A stretch of 53,998 nt of DNA from Escherichia phage vB_EcoM_DE15, in sequence record NC_079184.1; one strand, 5' to 3'. Positions within the stretch are counted from its first letter, which is position 1. Every line of letters starts with the position of its first letter. Both the position numbers and the translations under genes were made by a program. The notes under the pieces are model-generated. The model searched no databases and was not told the DNA's origin. It worked only from the letters and a program-made list of their open reading frames with translations. Below are positions 49,555-53,998 of the stretch, in pieces.

Positions 49555-50939
49555 TGGCAATTCGTCCTAAACTGAACCGAGTCTGGACTTCAAACAACTC
49601 TGTCGCAAGACGTGACCCAGGGGATGAAAAATACCTCAAGGGTTGGGTTGCGGAGATTCCGACCTATCAGGTTCTTAACTACCTGCAATACAAGATTGAC
49701 ACCACAATGCTTGCACAAGCAGAGCGTGGAATCTTTGAGTGGGGAAATGATGTAAGTTATGGCGTTGGTAGTTTGGCTTGGGACGAAACAGACAAGACTA
49801 TCTATGTTTGTACTGTCACCAACCCTAACAAAACACTACGCCCAAGTGCAAACTCTGCACAGTGGAGTCCAAGCTCCATCCAAGTTCCTCGTGCAAATTA
49901 TGACTCAATTGTGGCAGCAATCAATGCACACATTGCAGACATAACCTCAAACCCGCACAAAGTAACTGCTGCACAAATTGGTGCATACAACAAGTCCGAA
50001 CTTGATTCGATTGTTGCCAACTATCGTGCAATGGTACAGGCACACGTAACGGACTACAACAACCCGCACCAACTTACTGCAACTCAGGTTGGTGCTGTTC
50101 CTGTAACTGGTGGCGCATATACTGGTGAAGTAACTTTCACAACTGTGTATCTGAATGATTCCAAAACTGCACAGATTGTAAATGACGGTGGATTGTATCT
50201 TCGTAATGGAAGCTACTACCTTGGAGTCAATGGAACCACAGGAAATCCAGAGGCAGGCACTGCTTCAAGTAAGTCGCGTATTGTAACGGAACTAAACTTC
50301 CCAGATGTTAAGGCAGCACAAGAGCCTGGGTATGCTCACCTGGAACCAACATTCCAAATGAACTTTATAAACTCACTTAACATAGTGAGGGGTTCTGGAA
50401 CAGTGTCTTCTACAGAAGGCATGGATATTCGATACGACCAAGCTAATGGTGGTGTGTTCCTGTTTGACCAGGGTGGCATTGGACATTCGATAAGCGGTAG
50501 CGACGAACTTGTAGCAACTGGTGAAAACGTGCCATTTACGATTGCATTTGACTACTACCCAAACAATCCGATAGATTCTACATCTTGGCAGTTTACCATA
50601 GGACTACTTGGGTATAAGGTACTGTTCCGAGTAAACAACAACATGTACTTGGAGATTAGAAACTCTTCTGGCTCCAATGTGCAGAGATGCGCCAACCCCT
50701 ACGTTGTAGCTCCATATACATGGAGCAGGATTGTCGCAACATACGACGGAACTACATATCGTCTATATGTAAATGGCGTACAGATTGCTGAAGAGGCTGG
50801 TGGGTTTGCAACACATAACAACTCTGCCAGTCGCAAATTCATGTTGAACCTTGCAGCAAATGTTCAGAAGGCTGTTAGATTCCGTGGATTTAGGCTCTGG
50901 CCTTACTCGCTTAATGCCAAGCAAATTTCAACTTTATAG
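49554..50939 (+). CDS. Tail fibre protein with C-terminal LamG/concanavalin-like domain (461 aa)
   Basis: ATG at 49554 in a TAATG junction. Repeats SNPHKVTAAQIGA / NNPHQLTATQVGA. C-terminal YRLYVNGVQIAEE. Confidence 0.6.
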   Translation: MAIRPKLNRVWTSNNSVARRDPGDEKYLKGWVAEIPTYQVLNYLQYKIDTTMLAQAERGIFEWGNDVSYGVGSLAWDETDKTIYVCTVTNPNKTLRPSANSAQWSPSSIQVPRANYDSIVAAINAHIADITSNPHKVTAAQIGAYNKSELDSIVANYRAMVQAHVTDYNNPHQLTATQVGAVPVTGGAYTGEVTFTTVYLNDSKTAQIVNDGGLYLRNGSYYLGVNGTTGNPEAGTASSKSRIVTELNFPDVKAAQEPGYAHLEPTFQMNFINSLNIVRGSGTVSSTEGMDIRYDQANGGVFLFDQGGIGHSISGSDELVATGENVPFTIAFDYYPNNPIDSTSWQFTIGLLGYKVLFRVNNNMYLEIRNSSGSNVQRCANPYVVAPYTWSRIVATYDGTTYRLYVNGVQIAEEAGGFATHNNSASRKFMLNLAANVQKAVRFRGFRLWPYSLNAKQISTL

Positions 50940-50947
50940 GATTCAAA

Positions 50948-51976
50948 ATGGCTAAAGGTTATTCTTTAGATGCGTTGGTTAAGGAGAAGTGGTCGAGATA
51001 TGCCGAATCCTTAACCAGTGGGTTGGACTTTAATGACTTCTACGGTGTGGAAAAGTCCGGCATATACATGGTTGCTGCCAATAATATAGCCACTACACTG
51101 CTAAACATGCCAGAAAAGGTTGCTGGTGTACTCGAGGTAATGCCCTGGACATCAACGGGGCTAAGCATCCAAAGGTACACTACATACAACCTTGCCAGAC
51201 TATATGTTCGCACAAAGGAGTCCCCAAATGTGGACTGGGGTCCGTGGAAGCTTCAGATAGACGCATCAAACATATTTAATACCATATACCCAATTGGTAT
51301 TGTATTGCAGTTTGATAACGCCACCAACCCAAACAATTCATTCCCAGGCACAGTTTGGGAACAAATCCTAGACGGTCGCTCTGCTCGTTCTGCAACTTCT
51401 GCTGAAGCTGGTACAACTGCTGGTCAAATTGGTTCCACTGGTGGCTCTGATACCGCATCTCTTGCTGTGGCAAACATTCCTGGACACACTCACGGAATGC
51501 AAAACCACACGCACAGTATTGCAGCACACACCCACACGATGGCCCACACCCACTCCATCAACCACGACCACGGTGCCGTGACGTCAAGTTCCAGTGGTGC
51601 ACATACACACAGTGTGTCCGGTACTGCCGCAAGCAACGGTGCTCACACGCACACAGCCGGAACTGGTTACACTGGTGCAGGTAACTACATTGGTGCAGGT
51701 ACTGGGACTGGCCTGGGTACGATGACCACTAACTCTGCTGGTGCGCACACACACAGTGTAAGCGGAACTGCTGCGTCTGCTGGTGCACACACCCACTCTG
51801 TAGACTTACCTAACTACACAGGTACAAGTGGTGGCTCCAGTGCTGCCAATACGGGCGGTACGGCGTTAACCACTGGTGGGCCAAGCAACAATGAAACAAC
51901 CTCAACCGGAAGCGGCACAGCCTTCACTGTGACCAACGCCGTTCACTACTATGCCTTCTGGAAACGGGTGGCTTAA
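50948..51976 (+). CDS. Tail fibre / receptor-binding protein with HxH repeat region (342 aa)
   Basis: Tail-collar-like N-terminal half. Repeats HTHGMQNHTHSIAAHTHTMAHTHS and GAHTHSVSGTAAS (twice). Confidence 0.65.
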   Translation: MAKGYSLDALVKEKWSRYAESLTSGLDFNDFYGVEKSGIYMVAANNIATTLLNMPEKVAGVLEVMPWTSTGLSIQRYTTYNLARLYVRTKESPNVDWGPWKLQIDASNIFNTIYPIGIVLQFDNATNPNNSFPGTVWEQILDGRSARSATSAEAGTTAGQIGSTGGSDTASLAVANIPGHTHGMQNHTHSIAAHTHTMAHTHSINHDHGAVTSSSSGAHTHSVSGTAASNGAHTHTAGTGYTGAGNYIGAGTGTGLGTMTTNSAGAHTHSVSGTAASAGAHTHSVDLPNYTGTSGGSSAANTGGTALTTGGPSNNETTSTGSGTAFTVTNAVHYYAFWKRVA

Positions 51977-51984
51977 GGAAAACA

Positions 51985-52326
51985 ATGGAACGATTATCCA
52001 TTCAGATGTTTCTGGACCTCATGCACCAATATGGCGTATGGCACGGCTTGCTCGCTGGTCTGACGGCTTTAATCCGTGGGGCATATGAGAGTGAGGGTTT
52101 AAGCAAGGCGTTGCTAGATGCGACGCTGTGCAGCTTAATCGGCCTGTTTGCATTTCAGGTCGCTGGCACATTTGAGACTTTCACGACTAACGTCACTATG
52201 CAGTTAGTTTTGGCTATCGTGATTGGTGTCATCGGTGCTAACCTCATTATCACAACTGTCAGAGAAAGTTTCTCTGGCGCAATCAAACAACTTAATCCTT
52301 TGACGTGGTTCAAGAAGGCACGATGA
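51985..52326 (+). CDS. Holin candidate (113 aa)
   Basis: Multiple hydrophobic segments and a basic C-terminus (FKKAR). Immediately upstream of the lysin gene. Confidence 0.6.
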   Translation: MERLSIQMFLDLMHQYGVWHGLLAGLTALIRGAYESEGLSKALLDATLCSLIGLFAFQVAGTFETFTTNVTMQLVLAIVIGVIGANLIITTVRESFSGAIKQLNPLTWFKKAR

Positions 52327-52343
52327 AATGATAAGGAACTCGG

Positions 52344-52898
52344 ATGCTATCATTCAAAGTTCTTGCACTTCTGACAGCTTTAGTTCACATCAACGCCCCA
52401 GCTTCGGTTGGGGCAGTGAATTCTGCTATTACAGATTTTGCAAGTCATTCCTATTTAAATGGAAGTCTGAAATTATCTTCTTCACAACGCAAAGAGCTAG
52501 AATGCTACACTAAAGTAATCTGGTACGAAGCTCGCGGAGAAGACAAACATGGAAAGATTCTGGTAGCTAATGTCGTCCGTAATAGAACAGAGTTCGGGAA
52601 GCCATTCGCTAACACCGTTTGTAATGTTGTCTATCAACGCAATCAATTTGCATGGACACGAGAAGCAAAGAAGAAGAATGCTCAATGGAAGCATGTAGCA
52701 AAGATTAATTATGCCACAGAACAACAACAAGTTCTGGACACCATTAATGTTGCAATCTCTTTTGTACTATTTAATCAACCCTCTGTCACCAAAGCAACTC
52801 ACTTTTGTACAGCATCGGAGAAGTGCAACTTCAAGAATGTCAAAGGTCTGGGACGTTATGGTGGCCATAAATTCTATGAGTATCTAGGAAATCTGTAA
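52344..52898 (+). CDS. SleB-like cell-wall hydrolase with N-terminal signal/SAR sequence (184 aa)
   Basis: [14 protein letters not shown] and QFAWT motifs. N-terminal [24 protein letters not shown]. Confidence 0.7.
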   Translation: MLSFKVLALLTALVHINAPASVGAVNSAITDFASHSYLNGSLKLSSSQRKELECYTKVIWYEARGEDKHGKILVANVVRNRTEFGKPFANTVCNVVYQRNQFAWTREAKKKNAQWKHVAKINYATEQQQVLDTINVAISFVLFNQPSVTKATHFCTASEKCNFKNVKGLGRYGGHKFYEYLGNL

Positions 52899-53998
52899 TG
52901 GCTTACACTACCTTTTCACAAACCAAGAATAACCAACTATTAGAACCAATGTTCTTTGGTCAGAACGTTAACGTTGCTCGATATGACCAACAGAAGTACA
53001 GCGTCTTCGAGAAGTTAATCGAGAAGCAGTTATCTTTCTTTTGGCGACCTGAAGAGGTTGATGTTAGCCAGGACCGAATTGACTATGCTGGTCTGCCTGA
53101 ATGCGAGAAGCACATCTTTACCAGCAATTTACGATACCAAATCCTGCTTGATTCCATTCAGGGACGTGGACCAACCACAGTTTTGCTGCCAATTGTGAGC
53201 ATTCCTGAACTGGAAACTTGGATTGAAACTTGGTCTTTCTCAGAGACAATTCACTCCCGTTCTTACACGCATATTATTCGTAATATCGTGACAGACCCAA
53301 GTGTAATTTTCGATGAAATTGTGGAGAATGAGCACATTAAAATGCGTGCAATCGGCATCTCCCAATATTATGACGAGCTTCAACATCTAACTTCCATGTG
53401 GCATCTGCATGAAGATAAAGTTTCCCTTCGTGAGCTTAAGAAGAAGCTGTATTTATGCCTCATGTCCATCAATGCACTAGAAGCAATCCGCTTTTATGTC
53501 AGCTTTGCTTGCTCATTTGCCTTCGCTGAACGCAAGTTGATGGAAGGAAATGCCAAGATTATTCGCTTAATTGCTCGTGATGAAGCACTCCATTTGACCG
53601 GAACTCAACACATGCTGAACCTTCTTGCAAGTGGTGTTGATGACCCAGAAATGGCAGAAATTGCTAAAGAATGCCGTCAAGAATGCCAACTCATGTTCGA
53701 AAATGTGGCCCAACAAGAGAAAGATTGGGCTGATTATTTGTTCAAAGATGGCTCAATGATTGGCTTAAATAAGCAAATTCTGTGCGGATATGTGGAATAT
53801 ATCACGAATATTCGTATGCAAGCAGTTGGATTGGATGCTCCATTCAAAGGTGCTACTAACCCGATTCCTTGGATTAACGCATGGTTGAATTCGGATGCTG
53901 TACAGGTTGCTCCACAAGAAACGGAGATTAGTTCGTACCTTGTCGGGCAGATTGATTCCGAAGTTGACACCAATGCTCTGGGCGGATTTGAGCTTTAA
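52898..53998 (+). CDS. nrdB: Ribonucleotide reductase class Ia beta subunit (366 aa)
   Basis: Di-iron ligand motifs [12 protein letters not shown] and ARDEALH. The stop codon is the last codon of the window. Confidence 0.9.
   Translation: MAYTTFSQTKNNQLLEPMFFGQNVNVARYDQQKYSVFEKLIEKQLSFFWRPEEVDVSQDRIDYAGLPECEKHIFTSNLRYQILLDSIQGRGPTTVLLPIVSIPELETWIETWSFSETIHSRSYTHIIRNIVTDPSVIFDEIVENEHIKMRAIGISQYYDELQHLTSMWHLHEDKVSLRELKKKLYLCLMSINALEAIRFYVSFACSFAFAERKLMEGNAKIIRLIARDEALHLTGTQHMLNLLASGVDDPEMAEIAKECRQECQLMFENVAQQEKDWADYLFKDGSMIGLNKQILCGYVEYITNIRMQAVGLDAPFKGATNPIPWINAWLNSDAVQVAPQETEISSYLVGQIDSEVDTNALGGFEL

Noticed and set aside
1-53998. Search for CRISPR arrays, integrase/repressor (lysogeny) genes, reverse transcriptase (retron/DGR), toxin-antitoxin-like tandem RNA repeats and transposases.
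   Set aside because: None were seen. There are no regularly spaced repeat-spacer arrays. There are no tyrosine or serine recombinase or RT motifs in any ORF. The only mobile-element-like genes are the HNH endonucleases.

Overview
This window looks like most of a lytic, tailed dsDNA phage genome. All ~80 convincing genes are on the + strand and are tightly packed, often with ATGA or overlapping start/stop junctions. The order is as follows. (1) An AT-rich, repeat-dense left end (1-651). (2) A compact T7-like single-subunit RNA polymerase (652-2592). (3) A 1.37-kb ORF-free motif array (2593-3964). (4) About 30 small early genes (4-12 kb), including a macro-domain protein, a protein ending in the bacterial SSB tail DDDIPF, an M15 peptidase endolysin and an ArdA-like protein. 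(5) An RNA-rich segment (12.3-18.1 kb) with three ORF-free structured islands, two tRNA-shaped elements, a spanin pair and an HNH-AP2 endonuclease. (6) Replication and nucleotide metabolism genes: ThyX, primase-helicase, PolA, ssDNA-binding protein, FEN, HNH, a small ATP ligase, dNMP kinase and dUTPase. (7) Packaging and head genes: TerL, portal, scaffold, decoration protein and major capsid. (8) A contractile tail and Mu/P2-like baseplate, fibres, holin plus SleB-like lysin, and nrdB. The combination of myovirus-type structural genes with a T7-like RNAP recalls phiEcoM-GJ1-like (Chaseviridae) phages; this is from memory and not verified. A 16-nt motif (ATTAGTTGGATNTGAA) recurs at 10 intergenic sites and is the likely phage-RNAP promoter. 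Two -1 programmed frameshift sites are visible. My top candidate for an undescribed system is the set of promoter-driven structured RNAs and tRNA-like modules at 12.3-18.1 kb. The GCATGT/CAATATTG array at 2.6-3.7 kb comes second. All homology calls come from motifs read by eye; no searches or folding programs were run.
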